A DNA stretch of 64,000 nucleotides from the human T2T-CHM13v2.0 reference genome, Homo sapiens. A program made the position numbers and the translations under genes. Shown here in pieces: positions 1 through 13,600 of this stretch. Each line of letters begins with the position of its first letter. Position 1 is the first letter of the stretch. The notes beneath the pieces were generated by a model. The model was given only the letters and a program-made list of their open reading frames with translations, searched no databases and was not told the origin of the DNA. The stretch lies in the NCBI RefSeq assembly GCF_009914755.1, contig NC_060931.1. One strand, written 5' to 3'.

Positions 1-291
1 GTTTTTGAGACAGGGTCTTGCTCTGCCACCCAGGCTGGAGTGCAGTGGTGTGATCATAACTCACTGCAGCCTCAGACTCCTAAGACCCTCCTGCCTCAGC
101 CTCCCAAGTAGCTGGGACTACAGGTTCATGCCATGACATATGCTATTTTTTAAGATTTTTATTTTTATTATTTTGTAGAGATGAGATCTCACTATGTTGT
201 CCAGGCTGGTCTCAAACTCTTGTGCTCAAGCAACCCTCCCACCTCAGTCTCCCAAAGTGCTGGGATTACAAGTATGAGTCAGCTCGCCTAG
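1..291 (-). mobile_element. Alu (AluJ-like), antisense, clipped at window start
   Basis: gagacagggtcttgctctgccacccaggctggagtgcagtgg...ctcccaaagtgctgggattaca, the Alu reverse-complement motifs. Confidence 0.93.
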
Positions 292-390
292 CTAGACAAT
301 CTTAAAGTATTTGCTTTAAAGGTAATTGATTCAATACCTCAAATTTGAATAAAAGGTAGGATTATTCACATTTAACATTTCACAGCTTAC

Positions 391-445
391 CAATGTTAAT
401 ACTCCAATCATTTTCACTGTCTTCGTTTTTTTCCTTTTTTGTTTG
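391..445 (-). CDS. ABCB4: ABCB4 exon 3 (55 nt, c.81-135), encodes (S)KQKRKKTKTVKMIGVLTL
   Basis: Minus strand tttacag|CAAACAAAAAAGG...TTAACATTG|gtaag; canonical AG/GT; continues the exon 2 frame into the MDR3 N-terminus. Confidence 0.96.
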
Positions 446-849
446 CTGTAAAAAATAGAATTGCTTCAATTTAAAACTGTTACAAAATGTTTTACAATCA
501 ATTGAACATAAATATGTTTAGTTACAATATTCAACTATTATATTTTCAAATATAAGAGTGATGTTCACAAAATGTCAAAATTATTCAGTTCAACAAACAT
601 AGCAAGCACAAAAGTAACTGTCGAAGGTACTACAAAGATACATGGATACATAAGAAATGGTCGCCTGCCTTACAGAGCTCACATACACAGGAAAGATAAG
701 TATGCTAACAGTGTCGCTAAGTCAATTAAGTTATTTGTTTTCTAAAATTAAAAAAAATCATGATTTAAAATTAGGAATGTCTATTCTTCTGAAGGATTGT
801 GGAGAGTGGTGTCAGGCAATCTTGTTGGTGATACATTCAAAGTACATCT

Positions 850-1490
850 AGAATTTAACCACTTATCACCAGTTTCATTGCTGTCACCAGTAGGGCAGCC
901 TCCTGCCTAGTCTCTCCACTTCCACCTATGCCGCTTCAGTCTATCTTCAACTAGCAGTCAGAGTAATTATTTCAAAATGCCAAGCCATACACTACTTCTT
1001 TGCTCAAAAACCTACAATGGCTTTCCTTTTTCTTACAATAAAAGCCAAAATCCTTGCATTAACCTCTGAGGTCCTACACGATCTGTTTGCTTATTTCCTC
1101 TCTGACCACATCCCTACTCCCAAACCTGCTTACTCTGCTCCAACCAGCCTGGACTCTCTGCTGTTCCATGAACTCACCAAACATGTACCTGACTCAGGGT
1201 CTTTGCATTGCCAGTTACCTTTTCCGGGAATGCTCTCCCCTTAGATACCCACACAGCTGTCTCCTCTCATTTCTTTCAAGTCTTTGCTCAAATATTACCT
1301 TTAAAATAAGATCTACCCTAACCACCCTACTTAAAATTACAAAGTACTCCCCTTTTGTACTCCTGATCCCCTTAACCTGGATTAATGCTTTTTTCCATGG
1401 CGTTAATTACCTTCTAACATTGGCTGTGGTTTACTTATTTAGTATGTACATTATTTATGTCTGTCCTCCGTACTATAATATAAACTCTAT
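850..1490. mobile_element. L2 LINE remnant
   Basis: L2-type motifs (tcagagtaattatttcaaaatgc, ctcagggtctttgcattgc, aagtctttgctcaaatattacct). Confidence 0.65.
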
Positions 1491-1495
1491 GAGGG

Positions 1496-1517
1496 AGTGT
1501 GTGTGTGTGTGTGTGTA
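1496..1517. repeat. (TG)n microsatellite
   Basis: gtgtgtgtgtgtgtgtgtgtgt. Confidence 0.9.
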
Positions 1518-3079
1518 TGATGATTTATATATATATGATGATTTTTACATAAATATGATGCATTTATCCAGGTAAATGATAAAGTTTTACTCATAAGATG
1601 ATTCCAAATTATGTAAAGTATTGACTAAAATCACTGGACAAACATCTGCCACTAAATATGTTCAAAAGAATGTGCCATGGGCAATAGCAACATAATTAGA
1701 ACAAGAATATAACTAATTTGATTGAAGCAGGCTTAACTTCCTTTAAATATATTATCTTTGGTCTGCTTTTATAAAAATTAGTTTCACTACATTTGATTTC
1801 ATAATCATGTGGTCTTAACTTATTGTTAACTTTCTGTATTTCTCTTTTGAGCTGCTTTCTTCTTTCCAGCAGAAGCTGTGGGCTTCCCCTCTGAGGACTT
1901 TCCTGGGTTCTGAAGTGTTACTACACCTTTTGTAGGAATAGCTCCTTTGCACACGCATCAAATGTTAAGCCAGTGCAATACATAAATAGACTTCTTCATG
2001 AAAATGCCATCTATTAATAGACTCACAGTCAATCCCTGCCTAAACAGCCAGCTGATGAAAACCATATTTTTCTATTGCGTGTGTAAGTACTTCCATTGGA
2101 AGTAACACCATCTATCACTTTTTCAATTCTACATGGCAAAACTAAATTTTCTATGAAAAAATACAATGGTGCTTAGAAGAAATACAGCAAGGTTACTGCA
2201 CAACCACATTAACAGGCTAAAATAATGCTTCAGTTTAAGCATCAGGTAGGCATGTTTTCAGTTAGCTAATCAAGCCCCTAGCAGCTTGAGGACAAACTAC
2301 AGAGACTGATAAATTTGTCCCTCTGGGTGATCACTTGACACAGGTCAATTTTTTCTGGGTAGCCTGGTATGAACTCAGAGACCGTAATAGCCTCATAAAC
2401 TATTTCAGGCTAAAGGCGAAAATGATTCACTATTCCCACAGTGAAAGAGGAAACAAAGACACACGCCATTGACTGGGAACTTCTGCCCCGCTCATAAAGC
2501 CTGTGAAGTGAGTTTAACAAGGGCCAGGGGAACCGAGAAAGACATGAAGGCAAAGGAAGCGCTGCTTCCCCCTACCACTTGAACAAAACTGATTCGGATG
2601 TACAGAAGTTCCCCCTCCCCACCTATCCTCCCAGAAAGGAGAAATACAAATAAGCCTGGCGATGAGAGGAGGGGGAGGGGTAAGACAAGGAGGAAGAGAC
2701 ATAACAGGGGATGGGCAGGAGGGGAGGGAGTTTTTGCTTCACTGCCCTTGTTCAAAAAGCACAGCCATCAACAGCAGATGTCTGACACCCTTTAAGTCTG
2801 AACAATCAGATGATGTATATGAAAGTCATTTGTAAAAGTTTCAAGAGTTACGTAATACAATGAATGTTATACAATGCAGATATTCATTGAATCCCCCCTG
2901 CACAAAGGGAAGGGAGCACTTTTCAAGACAGCCTTTTCTTCCTGAATCTGTTCCAAAAGGAGCCTCAGTGACATTCTTTGAGGCCACACAACACGTTTGC
3001 TCCAAGGTCAGAACCGGATGCAAGACCCTTCAAAGAAGCCTCCAAAACAAAGGTCTTCAAAGGCATCAACCGATTTTTA

Positions 3080-3610
<531 letters not shown>

Positions 3611-4029
3611 CTAGGCGCGGGCCAGGGGCGCAGCCTGCCGCTCTTGCCGCCGGGGCGCCCGGCTGGGGCCGCCGCCCACCCTGGCGACCCGCCAGAACCA
3701 GCCCGGTCGCAGGATAAGACCGAGATCAGGCTGGAGCCTCGGGTGCCGAGAAAGCCTCGCCTGATGGGCCACCCAAGCCCCTGCAGATGACTGTCACACC
3801 CCATGGGCGCTCAGTTTTGTTTTTAAACCCATAGGGGAGACAGTTTCCGGACGCCCAACAATCACAGGGCGGCCCAGGACCGAGAGAGAGCAATAGACTC
3901 GCCTCTTGCTTCCGCATCCCCAGTTCTGGTCCAGGTGGCACTGAACCCAATTATCTCCAAGGACGGCGAGAGTCAGCCAGGGCCGGCAGGAACCATCACA
4001 TTATGCTCCTTGGGGAGGAGGAACGCTGT

Positions 4030-4910
4030 TGGTGCCCTCTTAGCACTTAAGAGACACAGAGTTTTAGGGCTAGAGGGGTCTTCAGCGATCATCTAATTAA
4101 AACCCCGTATGTTTAACATATGAAGAAACGGATGCCCAGAGAGGTGAAGTCCTGCCTGAGGCTGCATCGGTGGAACCAGAGTCTAGGGGAAGCCTCCTGA
4201 GTCCCAGTCCAGTGCCCTGGCTCACTGCTCTCATCTAAGACTTCTGTCTGTATTGAATTGTCTCTGCTCCTACCACCTATTTGAGTATGACTTTCTTCTT
4301 TCTGATTAATTCCTCCACACTCTTCCCAAAAGGAAGTGTCTAAAACGGGGAGCCATAAGTTTCATGGCTTTGAAACCGGAGACTTTCAAACTCAGAGCTT
4401 CACATCTTATTAACTATGTGACTTTGGACACTGTGCTCATTTCTCTAGGCCTGTTTCCTTATATGTAAAATGAGGATAAAAACATCTCCCTTATCAGGTT
4501 ATTGCGAGGAATAAATGAGTTGAGGATAAGGGAATTAAGTACTAGGTAAAAGCACCTAGTACTATGCCTAAAACATAGTAGGTGAGCAACAAATACAACT
4601 TTCCTTCCTTCTGATCAGGTAGCAGGATGACCAGTGGGTCCTTGCACCTGCTATGTCCTGTTAACACAATTGTTAGCCCAAGGCTTGTCTGAGTTCTCAG
4701 AGAACCTTAAAGCAGAGCATGGTATAAGTAGAGATGCTGGGTGGACCCTGGTGTGAATCTCACCTTTCCCATGTACCAGCTGTCTGGCCAGGTTATGTAA
4801 TTCTTGACTCAGTCATTGGATCTATAAAATAAGGGTGTTATTAGGATTAGGGATACTGTGTGTAAAGTGTCCTGCACGTAGGAGACACCTAATAAATGGT
4901 GACTATTATT
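4030..4910. mobile_element. Cluster of MIR fragments
   Basis: MIR core-like motifs (atgaagaaacggatgcccagagaggtgaag; ctgtttccttatatgtaaaatgaggataa; tctataaaataaggg). Confidence 0.6.
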
Positions 4911-6559
4911 ATAGTAAAAGTTCAGGCGAGGCCAAGGAAGAAAGACTGGAACAGGAGCCAGCAGCTTCGGCACTCACCCCTTACTTGTGCTGTGCCTCTG
5001 CATCCTGCTCTGCCTGCCACCTGGAGCTAAGGTGGAACTTGACTTGAAACTGCATGCTGGAGTAGAAATGAATTTAGTTGAGTATTTTTCCTCAAAATGT
5101 TTTCTCTCCATATCAGTCTACCATGACCATGAGGATTCTCTTCTTAAATCAACCCAAATTCCTTCCCTTCACTGGTCTAACAGGCGGTCAGATCATTATT
5201 TCAAGATACTCTGAGACGGAAGCAGTTGGAATTGTGTAGTTTGAAAGAAGGCTTGTGGTGACTGGAGGACATTATTAAACTCATTAGCACATAAGGAGAT
5301 GACAGTTTCTTCAGTCTCTAATAAAAGAGAATTTGATAAAGTAAATGCAGATACTTGAAGGAGTAGGAAGGTTCAGAACAAAAACTAAAGCAAATAACAT
5401 GTATGAGGCAATGAGGTGTATTTGCCTGTCTGTCTGTCTGAGCCGATTCACAAAGTTGTCCCTGCAAGAAGCCATGCCTATATGGCTGTGTTTACTTCTT
5501 TACCTGTATTACATCCAATTCCAGGAGCTCCTTTTATATTTATTTGATAACAGTGCAGTATCACTGAGAATTCCATCATTTATTCATCAACTAGAAGTTG
5601 AAGACTTACAATATTTAAAGCACTATGATAAACTAGATTTCTCCATTACACTCAGGCTGTAAGAAATCTTTACTTTCCCTTTACAGTAGAATATTGAGAT
5701 ACTTATGCATTGATGTAAGGCTGGAATTAATGCCCTACCACGCTATCTTACTTTTTCTATTTGCCCCATTGGTTCCATCTTTCTTTTTTATCCTCACTTT
5801 TGCCTTATTTTAGATCTGTTTAATATTATCATTTAGATTTCCTTTCTATAAGATGTATTCTTTTATTTTCTATTTAATAATGATCTCCTTTCTAGGGATT
5901 ATGACATGTATCTTTGACTAATCATTGTACTTTTTCCTCTTCCAGGACAATGCAATGATTTTAGAACTCTTAAGTCTCTTTTTTATTCACCCCTAACTTT
6001 TACATTGCCATTGTCATGTACTTTAATTTTCTCTGTATATTCATGACTCTTCTGGGAATATTATTTCTTTATGAGTTGATACTTATTTAGCTTTATCAAA
6101 ACATTTATCATTTTCTTGCTTTTTGTTTCTTCCTACATCTCAAAGCTACCCTCTTGGATCATTTTCCTTTCACCTAATGAGCACTCTTTCATCTACTGTC
6201 TCTTTCTTGTTTTCTTTAGTTTGTGACAAATTTTCTCAGCTTTTTTTTCCTGAAAATTTATTTCACTTTTATCTTGAAAAATTATCAGTTATTTATGGGT
6301 TTGCCTTACTAAATAAATATCAAAACTCATTATCAAACTATGGTAATTAGAGACATGTGTTTTGGAATGAGACAGACAAAGTAAAACAGAATCAATATCT
6401 TATAACTGATGGAACTAGAATTCGAATCCAGGGAGTATCCTTATCCGCTATGACTAGCAGGGAAGTGGAGATGGAGAACATACGTCAGATGTATCAGAGA
6501 GTTAAACACAGTCATTCTTTAATGCATCCTTCAGTCCACTGATCTTACCACCTTTTTAC

Positions 6560-8780
6560 TGTTCCTCACCTCCTTCATGTCTTCTCTCTTAACTCAGCCT
6601 GAAAACACCCACAACCCTCTAGCCCTCTCTCTTTATCAGGCTTGCTTAGTAAAACCACAATCCTGGATAATTCAAGTTACTGAGCTACTGTGAACCTACA
6701 CCATGCAGCAGAACATGTCTGAAGAAAAATACAAAGTCATCGGGCTTGCCTCGCCATGAACTTACATGGCCCTATACTGTATACATAATGTACTTATTAT
6801 GTTTATTATTTATTGCCCACTCTGTGGGATGCAAGACTTATGAGGGCAAAGATTTTGTAAAATTCACTATGTATCCCAACGTTTACTGACCAATAGTCAT
6901 AAGATGTTTTCTTAGTTCATTCACTCACCTGCTTTTCTAATAATTATTTCATATCGTCTGTTTTCTCAAATTCTGTTCTTTTACATCTTCACATTCTGCT
7001 AAATTACCGTGCTTATTTCACTGATGAAGTTGAAGTGTTTAGAATGGAACTCCATAACCTCCTACCATGATATTTTTCCACTTACCAGCATCTGTACCAA
7101 CACTCTGCCTTTGCTGTTTCTGTAAATGAACTATTCATGCCTCTCTTTGCAGCCAGTCTTTGTTTGCATGTTCATCCTGTAGATCCCATCCCCTTTCACT
7201 TTCACAAGGAGCCATTCTTCCCTTTCTGTCCTATATCATCAATTTCCCCATGCCTGCTGGATCCCTCCTGTGAGCTTACATACATACTGTTATTTCTTCC
7301 ATCTTGAAAAACAAACAAAAAACCTCTCTTGACCACACTTCCCCTGCCAGCTACCATCATATTTCCCTCTTTTCCTTTGGAGCTAAACTGGTTGGCAAAG
7401 TTTATTACTTTCTTCAATTCCTGTTGTTCTCTCTGAAACCCACTCTAAACAGAAGTTTGATCTTTCCACACTACCGAAACTATTTTTATAAAAGTCACTG
7501 ATAATCTCTGCTTTGCTAAGTCCAAAGATCAATTCTCTGTTCTTATTTTACCTGACAAATTCAATAATTTGACAGATTTATCACTCTGTCTTTCTGAATA
7601 TATCTTTTTCATATAGATTCCAGGACACCATATGTTTCTCGGATTTTCCTATGCTTTCCTGATCACTCTTCCTCAGTCTCCTTTGATGCCTTCTCTCTCT
7701 CTCTTTTTTTCAACTACTTACCTAACACTGGAGTGGTCCAAGGCTCATTCCTTGGACTTCTCAGTCTATTCTCGCCACTTCTGTCATGTCAGTCAGTCAC
7801 ACAGCTTTAAATACCATCTGTATCGAATAATTTCTAACTTTTTGTTTCTAGCCTAAAATTCCCTCTTGCATTCCTGACTCTTAAACACAAGTGCATCTTT
7901 GACATTCCTATCTGGATGTTTAACAGACATCTCAAGCTTAACATGCCTAACCTGCTCCTGATCCTTTCCCCAGGCTGGGCCCTCCAGTGAACTTCTGCAT
8001 CCAGTTGGCAGCTCCAGACTTATAGTTGTCAACAAAAACACTGGAATCATCCTGCATTCCTCTCTTTCTTTGACACACCATAATCAATCTGTCAGGAAAT
8101 CTTGTTGCCTTTACTTTCAAAATATATTCAGAATCTGACCTTTGCCCTGCACCTCCAGCTCTACCACCATCATGCAAGCCACTATCATCTCCACCTGATT
8201 TTCTATAATAGCTTGTTAATTGTCTCTCTGCCTCTGTCCTTTCCTCCTCTTCCGCCTTTGTCCATTGTCAAAAGCATGGCCTGGATGATTCTTTTGAAAT
8301 GTGAGTCACATCACATCACTCTTCTCTTCACATTTCTGTGGTAGCCCCCAATTCACTCAGTCATGGCCTACAATGCTGTGCCCTCTCCGTGACCTCTCTG
8401 ATCTCATTTTTATTTATTTTGTCTTTGCCTAACTCCACTCCAGCCACACTGGCCTCTTGGATATTACTCAGACAAGAGAGGCAGCACTCCACCTCAGGGT
8501 GTTTGTACTAGTTGTTCCCCCTGTCCAAAATTATCCTCCCCAAAATACTGACATGGAGGACACTCTCACCTCCTAAAAATCTCTTCTCAATTAGAAGTTG
8601 GATCTTGTACCCTCAGGACTCTCAGTTCCTCTTATCCTACTTTGATTTTCTTTTCCACAGCATTTATCACCTTCTAGTATACTATATCATTAAAGAATTT
8701 ATTATGCTTATTGTCTCTTGTCATCTTAGTAGCACATAAGAGCCGTGAGAGTAAAAATATTAATATGTTTTCATTTCATT
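6560..8780. mobile_element. Long L2 LINE remnant
   Basis: L2 motifs: ctttgctaagtccaaagatcaattctc, cacagctttaaataccatct, gacatctcaagcttaacatg, cactccagccacactggcct. Confidence 0.75.
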
Positions 8781-9899
8781 CGCTGGAATATCCAATAATT
8801 GCTGCCCACACTTACTATGTGCAAGGACCTGGGCTAAGGTTTTAGGATAAAAAGTTTTAGGCATATAAAGAAGGATTTAAACAAGGCTAATGCAAAAGTT
8901 ACTCAGATTATATAGTATTTTATGAATTTACAGAGCCTATCACACATATATATCATCTCATTTGATTCTCAAAACAAGGAGCATGTTCAAGGTAAACAAG
9001 TGAGGAACTATTATTCTCAGTTTAGAGGTGGGGATATCAAAGTGAATTTTACACAGCTAGTAAACAATGGAATTAGGCTTCCAGCTCTGGCCACGTGACT
9101 TCAGCTTCTCATTCTGTATTCCTATTGAAGACCACTGTTAGACAGAAGCCTTACCTGTTGTATTTCTAGTGCCCACAGCACCAGTGGGCTCAGTAAATGT
9201 GTATTGAATAGATCAATATTTTTGAACTATAGCATAAAAGGGTTTGTACAAAAAGAATTTCCTATAAGTAAGAGTCAACAGAGAATAACAAATTCCATCT
9301 ACCAAAGTATTTTCAAATTATATTCAAATATAAATTAATTAGCAACAATTTTTCCTAAAGAGGGTGCTATGATGGACTCTATTCTCTGTCCTGTTGACTT
9401 ATATCTTGACAAATATGCTCTGTGGTCTTTTCCCCCACTATATTGCATTTGTGGCTATCTAACAATTCTCCAAATTTTCATGTCTGAAGATAGTGAAAAT
9501 TTGACTATTCTGTTTGCACTTGGCTGCACTTAACTACTCTTGAATCATTTCCAAACTTTTGGTCACTAATGTTTTTTACTTCTGCTCAAACTACCTTCTC
9601 AGAGTTTATAGATCTTAATTTTTCCTGCCTTTACTTCCTTCAACCCATGTTACATCTTATACTTCTCCCAAAGTTTTTTTTTCTTTTTTAAAAAACCCTT
9701 CTCATTGCTTGACTCAGAAATTTTTTGCTTTGCCTTTGACCTTTCTCTTAAAAATATTATTTCCTTTTGGTTTCGTTCTTCTTTTGTTCATTATAAAATT
9801 CATCTAATTCGGCCCAGCACACCCAAAGGCACTCATAAAGATGTTGAAGACAAGGGTAATACTGATTCAGCTCTCTCTCTCTCTGTTTTCCACTAAACT

Positions 9900-10613
9900 C
9901 TTCCTTATACCTTCATAAACTAGGGTGGACTTGCAAAGGTACCATGACAAGAAGTAGTTAGAAGAATTTGCTATTAATCACTATGTTATATCATTTCTGC
10001 CAACGTGGATTAATGGGCACATTGAGAGTTCCAAGGTCACATTGCCTAATGAAATTCTTGTGTTCTGTGAGAGTAATGAAAACCACTGGGTGGACAGGGA
10101 GGGCTGCAAGGTGCCAAGGCCAACGATGAAATGGATAAGCAAGAGTAGGGTCACTAGGCTTAAGGTTATTGACATTTACTAACTCTTAAAGTTATTCTAA
10201 AGCTAACGCTTTTCAAAATAAAAGAATGACTAAAGGAAGTTCTCTAAATAGAAAATTATAAACAGGAGAAACTTAGAATATCTAGAATAAAGAACATGGT
10301 CAAGAAAAATATTGGTAAATACAAGAAACTTTCCTCTTCCTATTGAGTTTTCTAAATTATTTTTTATGGGTGAAGCAAAAATTATATCACTGTCTGATGT
10401 GGTTCTAAATATAAGTAAGGGAAATACATAAGACAATTACAAGTGAATGAGAGAGAGTAAAGGGATATAAGGGAGATAAGATTTCTACACTTCACTCAAA
10501 CAAGTAAAATGATGAAAATAGTAAAGTATGATAAGTTATTTATATATAATGCAATACTCAGAGGACCACTAAAAAATCTACACAAATAGATATAGTCAAG
10601 ACTACCACAGGTA
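9900..10613 (+). mobile_element. Old L1M fragment that hosts the L1MA insertion
   Basis: A-rich old-L1-like sequence that resumes after 19220 (cacagataaatcaaaatgg). Confidence 0.5.
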
Positions 10614-13600
10614 GAGAAGAAGGGCAGGGCAAGATGGCTGAATAGAAGGATCTACTGATTGTCCCTCTCTACAAGAACACTAAATTTAAACAACTATCTA
10701 TACACAAAAAGCAACTTTATAAAAGCCAAAAATCAGATGAGCACTCATAGTTCCTAGTTTTAACTTCATATCGCTGAAAGAGGCATTGAAGAGGGTAGGA
10801 AAGACAGTCTTGAATTGCTGATGCCACCCTTCATCCTCCCAGCAGTGGCCACATTGTGCGGAGAGAAAAGCTATGTGTTTGGGAGAGGGAGAGCACAGAG
10901 ATTGTGAGACTGTGCATTGAACTCAGTGCTTCCCTGTCACAGTATAAAGCAAAGCTGGGCTGAACTCAGTTGACACCTGCCCACAGAGGGAGCATTTAGA
11001 TCAGGCCTAGCCAGAGGGGAATCACCCATCCCAGTTGTCGGAACTTGAGTTCCATCAAGCTTCATCACTGTGGGCTAAAATGCCTTGGGGCTCTAAATAA
11101 ACTTGAAAGTCAGTGTAGGCCACAAGGACTGCAACTCCTAGGTGATTTCTAGTGCTAAGCTGAGCTCAGAGCCAGTGGACTTGGGGAGGCACATGACCTA
11201 CGGAGACACCAGCTGGGGCAGCTAAGGAAATGGCTTGCACCACCCTTCCCCCAACCCCAGGCAGCATAGCTCATGGCTCCAAAAGAGATTCCTTCCTTCT
11301 GCTTGAGGAGAGGAAAGGGAAGAGTAAAGAGGACTTTATTTTGCATCTTGGTTACCAGCTTAGCCACAGTAGGATAGGGGACTGGTCAGAGTCATGAGAC
11401 TCACATCCCAGGCCCTAGCTCCTGGACATTTCTAGACATACGCTGGACAAGAAGGGAATCTACTGCTTTGAAGGGAAGGAACCAGTCCTAGCAGGACTCA
11501 TTACTTGCTGACCTTTGGGCCCCGAATAACCATCAGTGATGCCCAGATAGTACGCCATGGACATGGACCTTGGGTAGGACTCTGAGATGTGCTGGCTTTA
11601 GGTAAGATCCAGCACATTACCCGCTATGGTGGCGGTGGTGAGAGACTCTTTGCTTGAGAAAAGCAGGTGGAAAAGTAAAGGAGACTTTGTATTGCACCTT
11701 AGGTACCAATTCGGCCACAGGGTCAAAGCACCAAGCAGGCTCTTGGAATCCAGGCCTTGGCTCTTTTATGGCATTTCTGGACCCGCCATGAGCAGAGGGT
11801 GCCCACTGCCCTAAAGAATGAGTTCCAGACCGGGCAGCATTCACCACAAGCTGATTGAAAAACCTTTGTGCCTTAAGTGAACCGTGGCAGTAGCCTGGAA
11901 GTACTCCCCTGGGCCTGTGGTGGTGAAGGCCAGGGGGCGAGGCTCTCCTGCCTGTGGAAAGGGGAGGGAAGAATGTGTCTAGTGGTTTGAGTGCCAACTA
12001 AACTGCACACCAAGTAGATTTCTAAGGATTCTGACTCCAGTCTCTGGCTCTCAGACTACACCTCTCAACCTACCCAGGGCCTGGGGGAACTCACCACCCT
12101 GAAGGGAAGGATACAAACGTGGCTAGATTTACTACCAGCTGATTATAGAGCCCCAAGGTCTTGAGCACACATTGGTAGCCAGGTAGTGGTTACATCAGGC
12201 CTTGAGCAAGATGCAGTACTGTGCTGATTTCAGGTCTGTCCTAGTGCAGCCCCAGTGGTGTAGCCACAGAGGAACTTGTGTCATCCCACCCCAAGCTCCA
12301 GGATGTCCAGCACAGAAAAAGAGAGAGGGAGAGAGAGAGAGAGAGAATTTGTTTGTTTGGGAGAAAGTAAAAGAAGACAACAAGAGTCTCTGCCTGGTAA
12401 GAAATTTTCTGGATCTTATCCAAGACCATCAAGGCAGTACCTCTATAAGTCTGTAAGAAACCACAATGTTACTGGGCTTAGGGTGCTCCCTAATGCAGAT
12501 ACAGCTTAGATCAAAATACCCAAGTACTTTCAAACACCTAGAAAAGCCTTCTCAAGAAAGATGGGTACAAACAAGCTCGGGCTGCAAAGACCAAAATAAA
12601 TACCTAACACTTCAATGCCCATATACTGACCGATACCTACAAGTATCAATACCATCCAGGAAAACATGACCTCACCAAATGAACTAAATAAGTCACCTGG
12701 GAACAATACTGAAGAAAGAGATATGTGACCTGTCAGGCAGAGAATTCAAAATAGCTGTTTTGACATATAGACCAATGAAACAGAACAGAGACCTCAGAAA
12801 TAATATCGCACATCTACAACCATCTGATCTTTGACAAACCTGACAACAACAAGCAATGGGGGAAAGGATCTCCTATTCAATAAATGGTGCTGGGAAAACT
12901 GGCTAGCCATATGCAGAAAACTGAAAGTGGACTCCTTCCTTACAACTTATACAAAAGTTAACTCAAGATGGATTAAAGACTTAAAACCCAAAACCATAAA
13001 ACACTAGAAGAAAACCTAGGCAATACCATTCAGGACATAGGAATGGGCAAAGACTTCATGATGAAAATGCCAAAAGGAATTGCAACAAAAGCCAAAACTG
13101 ACCAATGGGATCTAATTAAACTAAAGAGCTCTGCACAGCAAAAGAAACTATCATCAGAGTTAACAGGCAACCTATAGAATCTGACAAAGGTCAAATATCC
13201 AGAATCTACAAGGAACTTAAACAAATTTACAAGAAAAAAACAAATAACCCCATAAAAAAGTTGGCAAAGGATATGAAGAGACACTTCTCCAAAGAAGACA
13301 TTTATGCAGCCAACAAACATATAAAAAGAAGCTCAACATCACTGATCATTAGAGAAATGCAAATCAAAACCACAATGAGACACCATCTCATGCCAGTCTG
13401 AATAGTGATCATTAAAAAGTCAAGAGACAGTAGATGCTAGTGAGGCTGTGGAGAAATAGGAACACTTTTACACCGTTGGTGAGAATGTAAGTTAGTTCAA
13501 TCATTGTGGAAGACAGTGTGGTGATTCCTCAAAGATCTAGAACCAGAAATACCATTTGACCCAGCAATCCCATTACTAGGTATACACCCAAAGGAATATA

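Noticed and set aside
4000-6000. Search for the reported FXR IR-1 element upstream of ABCB4
   Set aside because: Could not locate a convincing IR-1 by eye, so none is reported
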